DNA of 64,000 nt, from contig JAULAX010000010.1 in assembly GCA_032654565.1 (NCBI GenBank), forward strand, positions 32,001-96,000, given 5' to 3'. The position numbers and the translations under genes are program-made. The DNA is from Anaeromyxobacteraceae bacterium. Its GTDB lineage: Bacteria; Myxococcota; Myxococcia; Myxococcales; Anaeromyxobacteraceae. Below the pieces are notes generated by a model. The model worked only from the letters and a program-made list of their open reading frames with translations, ran no database searches and was not told the DNA's origin. Of the stretch, positions 31,091-40,237 are shown in pieces (positions within the stretch are counted from its first letter, which is position 1; every line of letters begins with the position of its first letter).

Positions 31091-32047
31091 ATGGACCAGC
31101 GCCCGCGCCCCCGCCTCGGCATCTCCGCCTGCCTGCTCGGGCAGGCGGTCCGCTACGACAGCGGCCACAAGCGAGATCCCTTCTGCGTCGACCTGCTCGG
31201 CCCGCTGGTCGACTGGGTCCCGGTCTGCCCCGAGGTGGAGGTGGGGATGCCGGTGCCGCGGCCGTCCATCCGCCTGACCGGGAAGGCCGAGGCGCCGCGC
31301 CTCATCGCCCAGAAGACCGGCGAGGACTGGACCGAGCGGATGGCGACCTGGTCGGCCGGCAAGGTGGCGCAGCTGGCCAGGCTCGAGCTCGACGGCTGGG
31401 TCACCAAGAAGGACTCGCCCTCCTGCGGCCTGACCCGGGTCCGGGTCTACGGCCCCAAGGCCGGGCCGGCCACCCGCGACGGCGTCGGCGCCTTCGTGGC
31501 GGTGCTGCGGGCCAGGCTGCCGCTGCTCCCCGTCGAGGAGGAGGGGCGGCTCCACGACCCCATCCTGCGCGAGAGCTTCGTGGAGCGGATCTTCGCCCAC
31601 GCCCGCTGGCGACGGCTGGTCGGGCAAGGGCTGACCCGCGGCGGCCTGGTGGCCTTCCACACCGCCCAGAAGCTGGCGGTGCTGGCCCACAGCCCGGAGG
31701 GCTACCGCAAGCTCGGCAAGCTGGTGGCCGGCGTGAAGGGGAAGCCGCTCGCCGAGCTGGGCCAGGCCTACGCCGGGCTGCTGCTCGAGTCGCTGGCGGT
31801 CCCGGCCACCCGGGGGCGCCACGTCAACGTGCTTCAGCACGTGGCCGGCTACTTCAAGGAGGCCCCCCGGGAGGAGCGGCGCGAGCTGGAGGAGGTGATC
31901 GCCGACTTCGGGCGCGGCCACGTGCCGCTGGTGGTGCCGCAGACGCTGCTGCGTTCGGCGGCCCGTCGCCACGGCGTCGACTACCTGCTCGGGCAGGCCT
32001 ACCTGGACCCCGATCCGCGCGAGCTGATGCTCCGCAACCACGCCTGA
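31091..32047 (+). CDS. YbgA family (DUF523 + DUF1722; 2-thiouracil desulfurase-like)
   Basis: GISACLLGQAVRYD, VCPEVEVG, KKDSPSCG, EEEGRL, NVLQHVAGYFK, ELMLRNH. Confidence 0.93.
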   Translation: MDQRPRPRLGISACLLGQAVRYDSGHKRDPFCVDLLGPLVDWVPVCPEVEVGMPVPRPSIRLTGKAEAPRLIAQKTGEDWTERMATWSAGKVAQLARLELDGWVTKKDSPSCGLTRVRVYGPKAGPATRDGVGAFVAVLRARLPLLPVEEEGRLHDPILRESFVERIFAHARWRRLVGQGLTRGGLVAFHTAQKLAVLAHSPEGYRKLGKLVAGVKGKPLAELGQAYAGLLLESLAVPATRGRHVNVLQHVAGYFKEAPREERRELEEVIADFGRGHVPLVVPQTLLRSAARRHGVDYLLGQAYLDPDPRELMLRNHA

Positions 32048-32055
32048 GCCACCCG

Positions 32056-33534
32056 GTGAGCGTCCCCGCCGAGCGGATCCGGGTCGTCAACGCCGCGCCG
32101 CCGCGGCCGGGCCGCTCGCGGGTGGTCTACTGGATGCACGCCCAGCGCCGGGTCCGCTGGAGCCACGCCCTGGAGCGGGCGGTCGAGCTGGCCGTCGAGC
32201 TGGGGCGGCCGCTGCTGGTGGTCGAGACCATCGCCTGCGACGAGCCCTGGGCCTCCGACCGTCACCACGCCCAGGTGCTGGCCGGCATGGCGGAGAACCG
32301 GCGCCGGCTGGCGAGGCGGCCGGTCGACTACCTCCCGCTGGTGGAGGGCGCCCCCGGCGGCGTGGCCGGCCTGCTGCGGGCGCTGGGGCCGCTGGCGTCG
32401 GCGGTGGTGACCGACGACGTCCCGGGCCAGCCGGCCAGCGCGGTGGAGGCGCTGGGGCGCGACCTGGACGTCCGGCTCGAGGCGGTCGACGCCGCCACCG
32501 TCTTCCCCTTCCGGCTCAGCGGGCGCGAGTTCCTCACCGCCTACCTCTTCCGCAAGCAGCTGCAGCGCCACCTGCCGCCCTGGCTGGACCGCCGCCCCGC
32601 CGCCGACCCGCTGGCCGGGGTCCGGCTGGCGCCTCCGACGCCGCTGCCGCCCGGCCTGACCCGCCGCTGGCCGGCCGCCGACCCGGCCCAGCTGGCCGCG
32701 CCCGGTCCGCTGCTGGCGAAGCTGCCCATCGACCACGCCGTGGCCCCGGCGGGGGAAGGGGGCTCGGCCGCCGCCGAGGCGCGGCTGGCCCGGTTCCTGG
32801 CCGGCCCGCTCGACCGCTACCTCACCGATCGCGACCAGCCCGACCTCGACGGCACCAGCGGCCTCTCGCCCGCGCTGCACCACGGCCACCTCGCCGCCGA
32901 GCAGGTGGTGGCGGCGCTGCTCGATCGCGAGGGCTGGGGCCCGGGGCGGCTCGGCGAGAAGGCCAGCGGCGGGCGGGAGGGGTGGTGGGGGCTGCCGCCC
33001 CCGCTCGAGGCCTTCCTCGACCAGCTGATCACCTGGCGCGAGCTGGGCTTCGGCTGGGCCGCCTTCCGCGCCGATCACCGCGAGCTCTCCTCGCTCCCCG
33101 CCTGGGCCCGGGCCACGCTGCAGCGCCACGCCGCCGATCCCCGCCCGCGCCGCTACCGCCGCGAGGCGCTGGAGCGGGCCGAGACCCACGACCCGCTCTG
33201 GAACGCGGCGCAGCGCCAGCTCCTCGAGCAGGGGGTCATCCACAACCGGCTCCGCATGCTCTGGGGGAAGAAGATCCTGGAGTGGAGCGGGGACGCCGCT
33301 GAGGCGCTGGCCACGCTGCTGGCGCTCAACGACCGCTGGGCGATCGACGGGCGCGACCCCAACTCGGCCAGCGGCCTGCTCTGGTGCCTGGGGCGCCACG
33401 ACCGGGCCTGGGGGCCGGAGCGGCCCATCTTCGGCACCGTCCGCTACATGAGCAGCGAGAACGCCGCCCGCAGGTTCGGGCTGGACGGCTACCTGTCCCG
33501 CTTCGGGCCGAGGCAGGACGGGCGGTCGCGGTAG
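32056..33534 (+). CDS. DNA photolyase (class II-like)
   Basis: VVYWM, TSGLSPALHHG, THDPLWNAAQ, HNRLRMLWGKKILEW, DGRDPN, ERPIFGTVRYM. Confidence 0.9.
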   Translation: MSVPAERIRVVNAAPPRPGRSRVVYWMHAQRRVRWSHALERAVELAVELGRPLLVVETIACDEPWASDRHHAQVLAGMAENRRRLARRPVDYLPLVEGAPGGVAGLLRALGPLASAVVTDDVPGQPASAVEALGRDLDVRLEAVDAATVFPFRLSGREFLTAYLFRKQLQRHLPPWLDRRPAADPLAGVRLAPPTPLPPGLTRRWPAADPAQLAAPGPLLAKLPIDHAVAPAGEGGSAAAEARLARFLAGPLDRYLTDRDQPDLDGTSGLSPALHHGHLAAEQVVAALLDREGWGPGRLGEKASGGREGWWGLPPPLEAFLDQLITWRELGFGWAAFRADHRELSSLPAWARATLQRHAADPRPRRYRREALERAETHDPLWNAAQRQLLEQGVIHNRLRMLWGKKILEWSGDAAEALATLLALNDRWAIDGRDPNSASGLLWCLGRHDRAWGPERPIFGTVRYMSSENAARRFGLDGYLSRFGPRQDGRSR

Positions 33535-34244
33535 CGCCGCTCGAAGGGGACGTAGACCATGCAGCTGCGCTCGCTCCCCTCGCCGACGCAGACCTCCTGG
33601 CAGGTGGCGTAGCTGGAGCGGTGCGCCCGCAGCCGGGTGAGGCCGGTGCGGGTGTCGACCAGCCGGTCATAGGGGGACTTCCCCTTCAGGTCCTGCTCGC
33701 CGGCCGAGTGGAGGCTGGTGATGATCTCCGGCGGCACGCCCCCCGCCCAGATCCCGCGCCGGGCCGCCTGGGCCTCGCGCTGCGCCGCCAGCAGGGCGGG
33801 GGCGGGGCGGGCGTCGACGGCGTAGACCATGGCGTGGCCGGCCCGGACCACCGCGGCCGCGGCCTCGGGGCAGGAGACCAGGGCGCGGCCGTAGCCGTCC
33901 CGCTTCCCCTCGGTGGTGCAGGTCCAGGCGGTGCCCGCCAGCAGCGCCGCCGAGCCGCTGGCGATCGCCTCCAGCGGCGCCGGCCCCAGGGCGGCGATGC
34001 GGTGGACCGGCCCGAAGGCCTCGAGCGTGTTGTACCCCTGCAGCCTGGCGCCGAACCCCTTGAGCGGACCGGAGTCGACCTTGAAGGAGTCGCCGTCGGT
34101 CCAGCGGACCGCGGTGGGCTGCCCGTCGAGTATCACGTGGCCGGGGGCGCCGGGGCGCCTGCCGGCGGCCAGGGCCGGGTGAGGCAGCGCGGCCAGGAGG
34201 GCGGAGATCAGGGAGGCGGCGACCCGCCGGGCGGAGGCGTCCAT
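33489..34244 (-). CDS. Secreted thermonuclease (SNase)-family protein
   Basis: Signal peptide; DGDSF, RLQGYNTLE, DGYGRAL, GHA, AQAARRGIW. Confidence 0.85.
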   Translation of the reverse strand: MDASARRVAASLISALLAALPHPALAAGRRPGAPGHVILDGQPTAVRWTDGDSFKVDSGPLKGFGARLQGYNTLEAFGPVHRIAALGPAPLEAIASGSAALLAGTAWTCTTEGKRDGYGRALVSCPEAAAAVVRAGHAMVYAVDARPAPALLAAQREAQAARRGIWAGGVPPEIITSLHSAGEQDLKGKSPYDRLVDTRTGLTRLRAHRSSYATCQEVCVGEGSERSCMVYVPFERRYRDRPSCLGPKRDR

Positions 34245-34297
34245 GCGGCCACTCTACTCGCCGCACGGACGGGGGCCAGCGGGGGTCCGCGGCTTCA

Positions 34298-34327
34298 CCC
34301 CGAACCCCCGGCGTCGGGGGTTCGGGG
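34298..34327. repeat. Perfect 13-bp inverted repeat between divergent genes (REP-like)
   Basis: CCCCGAACCCCCG-gcgt-CGGGGGTTCGGGG. Confidence 0.75.
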
Positions 34328-34385
34328 GACGGCCGCGGCTCGCGATTTCTTGCACAGGTGGCGAGCGCAACGTTACGATTCCAAA

Positions 34386-35873
34386 ATGAAATTCGTCTGT
34401 GACCGGTGCGGGAAGAAGTACGCCACCGCGGGGGACCCGGCGCCGGGCAAGGTCTACAAGCTCAAGTGCAAGTCCTGTGGCCACCTCATCGTGGTCCGGG
34501 GGCAGGCGGGGACCATGACGGCCATCCCGGCCATCACCGCCGCCGAGCTGGCCGCCGCCACGCAGGCCCAGGCCTCGTCCTCCGAGCCCGGCCGCGATAT
34601 CGAGCTGCACATCGAGCCCGAGCCGATCCCGGTGGAGGCCATCGCCACCCCCTTGCCCGGCGCCACCCCGGCCTGGGGCGAGCTGCCGCCCGAGCCGGTC
34701 ACCGACGACGCCATCGAGCCCATGCCGTCCCCCGGCGCCGCGCCGGATCCGGCGCCGCTGCCGCCCGAGGTGGCCCAGGCCGTGGACCTGGCCGCCAGCA
34801 CCACCGGGTCGGAGCCGCCGTCGCCTTCCCTGGAGCTGGAGGACGGGCCGGTGCCCCCGGCGGCGTCGCTCGACCCGGCGCTGACGCCGCCACCGCCGGA
34901 GAAGGACGAGCTGGCCGACTTCGCCGCCGCTGCCGCCGAGGTGATGGCGGCGCCTCCCTTCGACGACCAGCACCGGCCGGCGGTGCCCGGCTACGTGGAC
35001 ATCTTCGGCGAGAGCGGCGTGATGAAGCCGGCCGGGGAGACCTTCGCCGCGGCCGCCCGCGCTTCGCTCCCCGACACCTGGTCCGGGGCCACGCCGAGCA
35101 TGGCGGCCCCCCCACCCCCGCCGCGGGTCCCCACGCCCCCTCCGCCGGCGCCGGCGCTGGCCCGGCAGAAGGCGCCCAGGAGCGGCCTCGGCGGCGTCCC
35201 CCTGGCCATCGTCGGGGTCGGCATGGTGGCGCTGGTGGCCATCACCGCCTACGCCCTGCTGAGCCACGGGGGAGCCCCCCCGGTGCCGGTGGCCACGGCC
35301 CCCCGGCCCGAGCCGAGGCCCGCGCCCCCCCCGCCGCCCCCGCCGGAGGTCAAGCCGCCGGCGCCGGTGGTGGAGCGGAAGGCCGAGCCGGTCCCCGAGC
35401 CGCGGGCGGAGGAGAAGCGGCCGGAGCCGAAGGCCGAGCCCCGGCCGAGGGCGCCGGAGCGGAAGGTGGAGAAGAAGCCGGAGCCCAGGGTGGTGGAGCG
35501 CAAGCCCGATCCGCCGCGCCCCCCGCCCGCCCCCGAGCCGCGCACCGAGACCCGCGACGTCGACCTGCCCGAGGCCGACGCGGCGCTCACCCAGGCGGTG
35601 GTCGACAAGGTGGTGGGGGCCAACCGCAAGGCCTTCAGCAGCTGCATCGCCAACGCCAGCGCCTCCGACGTCACCCTCGACGGCCGCCGGGTGGCGCTGC
35701 GCATCACCGTCAACACCAACGGCACCGTCACCTACCCGACGCTCGACGACCAGTCGCTCAACACCACCGAGATGGGCCAGTGCCTGAAGAGCGCGGCGCG
35801 GCTGATGATCTTCCCCAAGTTCAAGGGGGATCCCTACCACTACGAGGTGCCGCTGATCCTCAGCGGCAACTGA
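34386..35873 (+). CDS. Zinc-ribbon / Pro-rich / TM / AgmX-PglI (TonB-C-like) protein, GltJ/AgmX-like
   Basis: MKFVCDRCGKKY..KCKSCGH, long Pro-rich linker, single TM, C-terminal domain with C..(GQCL)..FPKFKG. Confidence 0.8.
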   Translation: MKFVCDRCGKKYATAGDPAPGKVYKLKCKSCGHLIVVRGQAGTMTAIPAITAAELAAATQAQASSSEPGRDIELHIEPEPIPVEAIATPLPGATPAWGELPPEPVTDDAIEPMPSPGAAPDPAPLPPEVAQAVDLAASTTGSEPPSPSLELEDGPVPPAASLDPALTPPPPEKDELADFAAAAAEVMAAPPFDDQHRPAVPGYVDIFGESGVMKPAGETFAAAARASLPDTWSGATPSMAAPPPPPRVPTPPPPAPALARQKAPRSGLGGVPLAIVGVGMVALVAITAYALLSHGGAPPVPVATAPRPEPRPAPPPPPPPEVKPPAPVVERKAEPVPEPRAEEKRPEPKAEPRPRAPERKVEKKPEPRVVERKPDPPRPPPAPEPRTETRDVDLPEADAALTQAVVDKVVGANRKAFSSCIANASASDVTLDGRRVALRITVNTNGTVTYPTLDDQSLNTTEMGQCLKSAARLMIFPKFKGDPYHYEVPLILSGN

Positions 35874-35886
35874 GCCGGCCCCACCC

Positions 35887-38800
35887 TCAGAACTGGATGG
35901 CGCGCGCCCCGGCCGCCTGGGCCCGGAAGCGCTCCAGCCAGCCGGCGCCGGAGAGCCGCTCCGCCAGCGCCACCACCAGGTGCTGCGGGGTGACGCCGAG
36001 CGGCTGGTTGCGCCCCAGCCCCTGCACGCAGGACGGGCAGTTGGTGAGGATGGTGGCGGACCGCTGGCCGTGCATGGCCTCGGCCAGCGCCCCGCGCTTG
36101 CGGTGGAGCATGGCGTCGGTGATGTCGGGGCGGGAGAGGGCCAGGGTGCCGGCCTCCGAGCAGCAGTGGCCGACCGGCTCCACCGAGGTGAAGCCGCCCA
36201 GCCGGGAGATCAGCGCGGTGGCCTGGCCGTCGAGCGAGTCGTGGCAGGGGGCGTGGTACAGGTAATCGCCGCTCCCCTCGACGCGCAGTCCGCGCTCGGC
36301 GGCGAAGCCGGCCACGTCCACCAGCCGGCCGCCGAAGAGGGTCGCCGCCCCCATCTGCTCCAGCCCCTCGCGGCAGGTGCCGCAGGTGATGACGCAGGCG
36401 TCGAACTGCAGGTAGGAGAACATCTCGCGGATCTGGCTGAAGAGGATGGTGTCGCGCAGCACCATCCGCGAGTGCTGGTGCTCGCGGGCGTTGGCGTGGT
36501 GGGGGAAGCCGCAGCAGAGGAAGGGCGGGGGCAGCACCACCCGGGTGCCGGTGGCGAGCAGCACGTGCAGCGCCGCCATGGAGATCTGGCTGTGCAGCCG
36601 CTCCGAGCCGCAGCCGGGGAAGTAGAAGACGGTGCTGGTGGCCTCGCCCTCCGGCTCCAGCAGCAGCACCTGGTCCGGCTCGCAGCCGGGCAGCACGTCG
36701 TGCAGGGTCTCGGCCGGCACCGGCGGCACCGGTGAGCGCAGCAGCTGCAGCGGGTAGAAGTCGGGGGCCCGGTCGGCGGGCTGGAAGGGCCGGGAGAGGG
36801 CGCAGCCGGCCCGCTGCGCCGCCCCGCCCAGCCGCACCACGGTGGCGCGGAAGGCGGCGTTGAGCGCCGGCGAGCGGCTGTCCAGGTAGCGCAGGGTGGC
36901 GGCGGTGGCGCCGGCGGTCCGCTTCTTCCCCAGCGAGCCGAGGATGGACCGCTCCAGCACCGAGACCTCGCCGGTGTCGATGTCCACCGGGCAGGGCTTG
37001 AGGCACTTGTGGCAGATGGTGCAGTGATCGGCCACCTCCTCCAGCCAGCGCAGCAGCTCGAAGCGGGTCGACCGCTCGCGCTGGGCGTCGTAGAGGAGCG
37101 CCTCGATGAGGGCGCCGATGGCCAGGTTCTTGTTGCGGGGGTGGAAGAACATCCCCCGGGCCGGGTGGTAGACGCAGCAGTCGGGCTTGCACTTGCCGCA
37201 GCGGACGCAGTGGGCGATCGACCGGGCCAGCTCCTCGAGCTGGCCGTGCTGGAGGATGCGGGCCTCCAGCTCCAGCAGGTTGAAGGAGGGGGTGAAGACC
37301 CGGTCGAGCACGTCGAGGTCGTCGAGCTTGCCCGGGTTCATCAGCCCGTGCGGATCGACCTGCTGCCGGTGGGCCCGCAGCTCCTCGACGCGGCGCGGCT
37401 CCAGGTACTTGAGCTTGGTGACGCCGATGCCGTGCTCGCCGGAGACCACCCCGCCCAGGGCCATGACCCGGGCCATCACCGTGTCGATGACCTGGTCGCA
37501 GCGATCCAGCATGGGCCGGTCGTTGGAGAGGACCGGCACGTTGACGTGCACGTTGCCGTCGCCGGCGTGCATGTGGGTGGCGATGACGATGCGCCGGTCG
37601 CGGACCTCGCCGTGGATGCGGTCGAGGGCGGCGGAGAGCTTGGGGTAGCCGCGCACCAGCTCGGCGAGGTCGCGGCGCAGCTCGGCCACCACGGTCACCG
37701 CCCGCAGCACCTGGACGTCGGCGCCGGCCAGCGCGGCGCGGGCCTGCTGGCAGCGGGCCAGGGCGGCCGGGATCTTGGCCAGCAGCCACTCCGGGTCGTC
37801 CCGCCCGGCGCTGGGCTCCTGCAGCAGGGCCTCGGCGCGGTCGACGAACCGCCCCTGGGCGTAGCGCTCCTCCTCGACGTTGAGGGCGTCGGTGAAGCGG
37901 GCGAACTCGGCCAGGGCGGTGAGCGGCAGCACCACGTCCTCGTTCATCTTGAAGGCGTTGGTGCGCCGGGCGATGGCGCCCAGCTTCTTGCGGTCGGCCC
38001 AGAACTTCTTCCCCTCGGCGGCGTCGCGGGCCTCGAAGAGCAGGGTGTTGGGGTGGGGCAGGAGGATGGCGCGGATGGTGGCCACGCCGCGGGCCACCTC
38101 CTCGGGGGCGTGGCCCACCACGTCGATGAGCAGCACCGCCTTGGGGGTCTCGGCGCGCGGCGCCTTGACCTCGTAGCCGATGGCCCGGACGTACTCGTCG
38201 TCGAAGTGCTCCAGCGCCATGAGCGCCTCCTTCCCCTGGTTGGGGAAGGGGAAGGCGCGGGAGAGGTCGAGGATGACCCGGCTGGCCTCCTCCATGTCCG
38301 GGCCGAAGAACTCCAGGCACAGGGTCCGCTTCGCCTCGTACTCCGGGTAGAGGATGAACTCGGCCGAGGTGATGACCCCGTCGGTCCCCTCCTTCTGCAG
38401 CCCGGGGACGCCGCCCAGGGCCTTGTTGGTGATGTCCTTCCAGAGCCCCTTCTTGCGGATCTCGCCGCCGGAGAGGGCGATGCGCCGCAGCGCGGCCCCC
38501 GCCTCGTCGACCACCTCGAAGGTGACGGTGTCCTCGGGGAGGATCTTGCGGAGCTGGTGGTCGGTGCGCCGGATGGTCCAGCGCCGGCCGCTGGGCATGG
38601 CCATCCGCCAGGAGAGCAGGTTGTCGATGCAGGTGCCCCAGAGCACGCAGTCCTTGCCGCCGGCGTTCTCGGCGATGTTGCCGCCCACGGTGCAGGCCCA
38701 GGCGCTGGTCGGATCGGTGGCGAAGACCAGGCCGCGGTGCTCGGCGTACTCCATGGCCTTCTCGGTGATGACGCCGGCCTCCAGCTCGAGGACGTGGGCC

Positions 38801-39520
38801 CGGCCGGCGCCGCCGCCGTGGAGCGGGAGCTCGCGGGTGGTGAGCCCCCGGATGCGGTTGAGCTTCTCGGTGTTGACCACCACGCAGTCGGCCCGCAGCG
38901 GCACGGCGCCGCCGGTCAGGCCGGTGCCGGCGCCGCGGGGGATGGCCTTGAGGCCGAGCCGCTGGATGGGCCGCCAGCGCCGGGGCCACCTGGGCCTCGT
39001 CGTCGGGCATCACCACCGCCACCGGCAGGTGGAGCCGCCAGTCGGTGGCGTCGGTGGCGTGGGAGACCAGCGTGAAGGGATCGAGGAGGACGTTCTCCTT
39101 GCCCAGCACCGCCCCCAGCTCGCGCACCAGCCGCCGGCGCAGCTCGGGCAGGCCGTCGATCTCGGCGCGGAAGCGGGTCACCAGGGCCCGGCAGGCGGTC
39201 AGCACCTCCTGCACCAGCGGCTCGCCGGCGGCGCTCCGGTCGATGACCGCCAGGTCCTTGTCGATGTTCTCCAGCAGCCGGCGGCGGCGCCGCGGCGAGT
39301 CGACCAGCTCCTGCAGCAGGAAGGCGTTGCGCCGGTGGACCAGGATCTCGCCCAGCACCCGCATCAGCAGGCGGGCCGAGCGGCCGGTGACGCGCCGGCC
39401 GCGCAGCGTCTCCAGCCTGGTCCAGACCTCGGCGCCGAGCAGGAAGGTGACGGCCTGGCGGTCGTCCGCCGAGGTGTAGTTGAACGGGATCTCGCGGAGG
39501 GTGGCGGCGGGTTCGGTCAT
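35887..39520 (-). pseudogene. FAD-binding/(Fe-S) oxidoreductase (DUF3683/DUF3400 type) with one frameshift
   Basis: REIPFNYTS, RVTGRSARLL and DATDWR in one frame; PRGAGTG, CTVGGNIAENAGG, HAGDGNVH, SGEHGIG, CxxCGKC in another; extra base at 38968-38970. May be an assembly error. Confidence 0.85.
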
Positions 39521-39670
39521 CGTCTGGGGGGCGGGCCGCCGGGATGGGGCCGGGGGGCGGAGGATACCATCGCCTCCCGGGGCTCGTCGCGCCGGCGTGG
39601 CGCCGCCGTCCACGGGGGGCTTGCCATCCCGGGGCCGGCGGTGGTCTGATCCTGGGCACGGGGAGCCCGC

Positions 39671-40087
39671 ATGCCGTTCGTCTGGTCGTCCAGCCTGGAG
39701 CTCGGGATCGAGGAGATCGACGAGCAGCACCGCGAGCTCTTCCGCCGCGGTGAGCGGCTCTACCACGCCATGCGCCAGGGGGAGCCGGCCGGCGCCGAGC
39801 TGATGCTGGCCTCCTTCCGCGACTTCGTCCTCTCCCACTTCGAGTTCGAGGAGCGCTGGATGCGGCGGGCCGAGTTCCCGGCGCTGGACGGCCACCGCGA
39901 GCAGCACCGCGACTTCGCCGACCGGCTCCACCGGGTGACCGGGGAGTACCGGCGTCACGGGCCGACCGCCGCCGTGGCCGACACCCTCCACGTCTGGCTG
40001 GAGGCCTGGCTGCGGGATCACATCGGCGGCGACGACCGGATGCTGGGGCGCTGGGCCACCACCCACGGCGCCTCGCCGTCACCCTGA
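39671..40087 (+). CDS. Bacteriohemerythrin
   Basis: W..LELGIEEIDEQH, HFEFEE, HREQH, WLRDHI...D. Confidence 0.93.
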   Translation: MPFVWSSSLELGIEEIDEQHRELFRRGERLYHAMRQGEPAGAELMLASFRDFVLSHFEFEERWMRRAEFPALDGHREQHRDFADRLHRVTGEYRRHGPTAAVADTLHVWLEAWLRDHIGGDDRMLGRWATTHGASPSP

Positions 40088-40237
40088 GCGCCGGTCCCGC
40101 CGGGGGGCCGGTGCGCCGAATCGCCGCGCGGCGTCGCGAAGTCCTCGACTTCCCGCGAGCCGCCGTGCTCTCCTTGGACTCCCTGGTCGCACCCGTTCGA
40201 AGGCGCCGGCCCCCCCGGCCCACCACCTGGAGTCGTC

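Noticed and set aside
33489..33534. 46-bp convergent overlap of photolyase and nuclease 3' ends
   Set aside because: Short 3' overlaps are common in GC-rich genomes; no sign of functional coupling.
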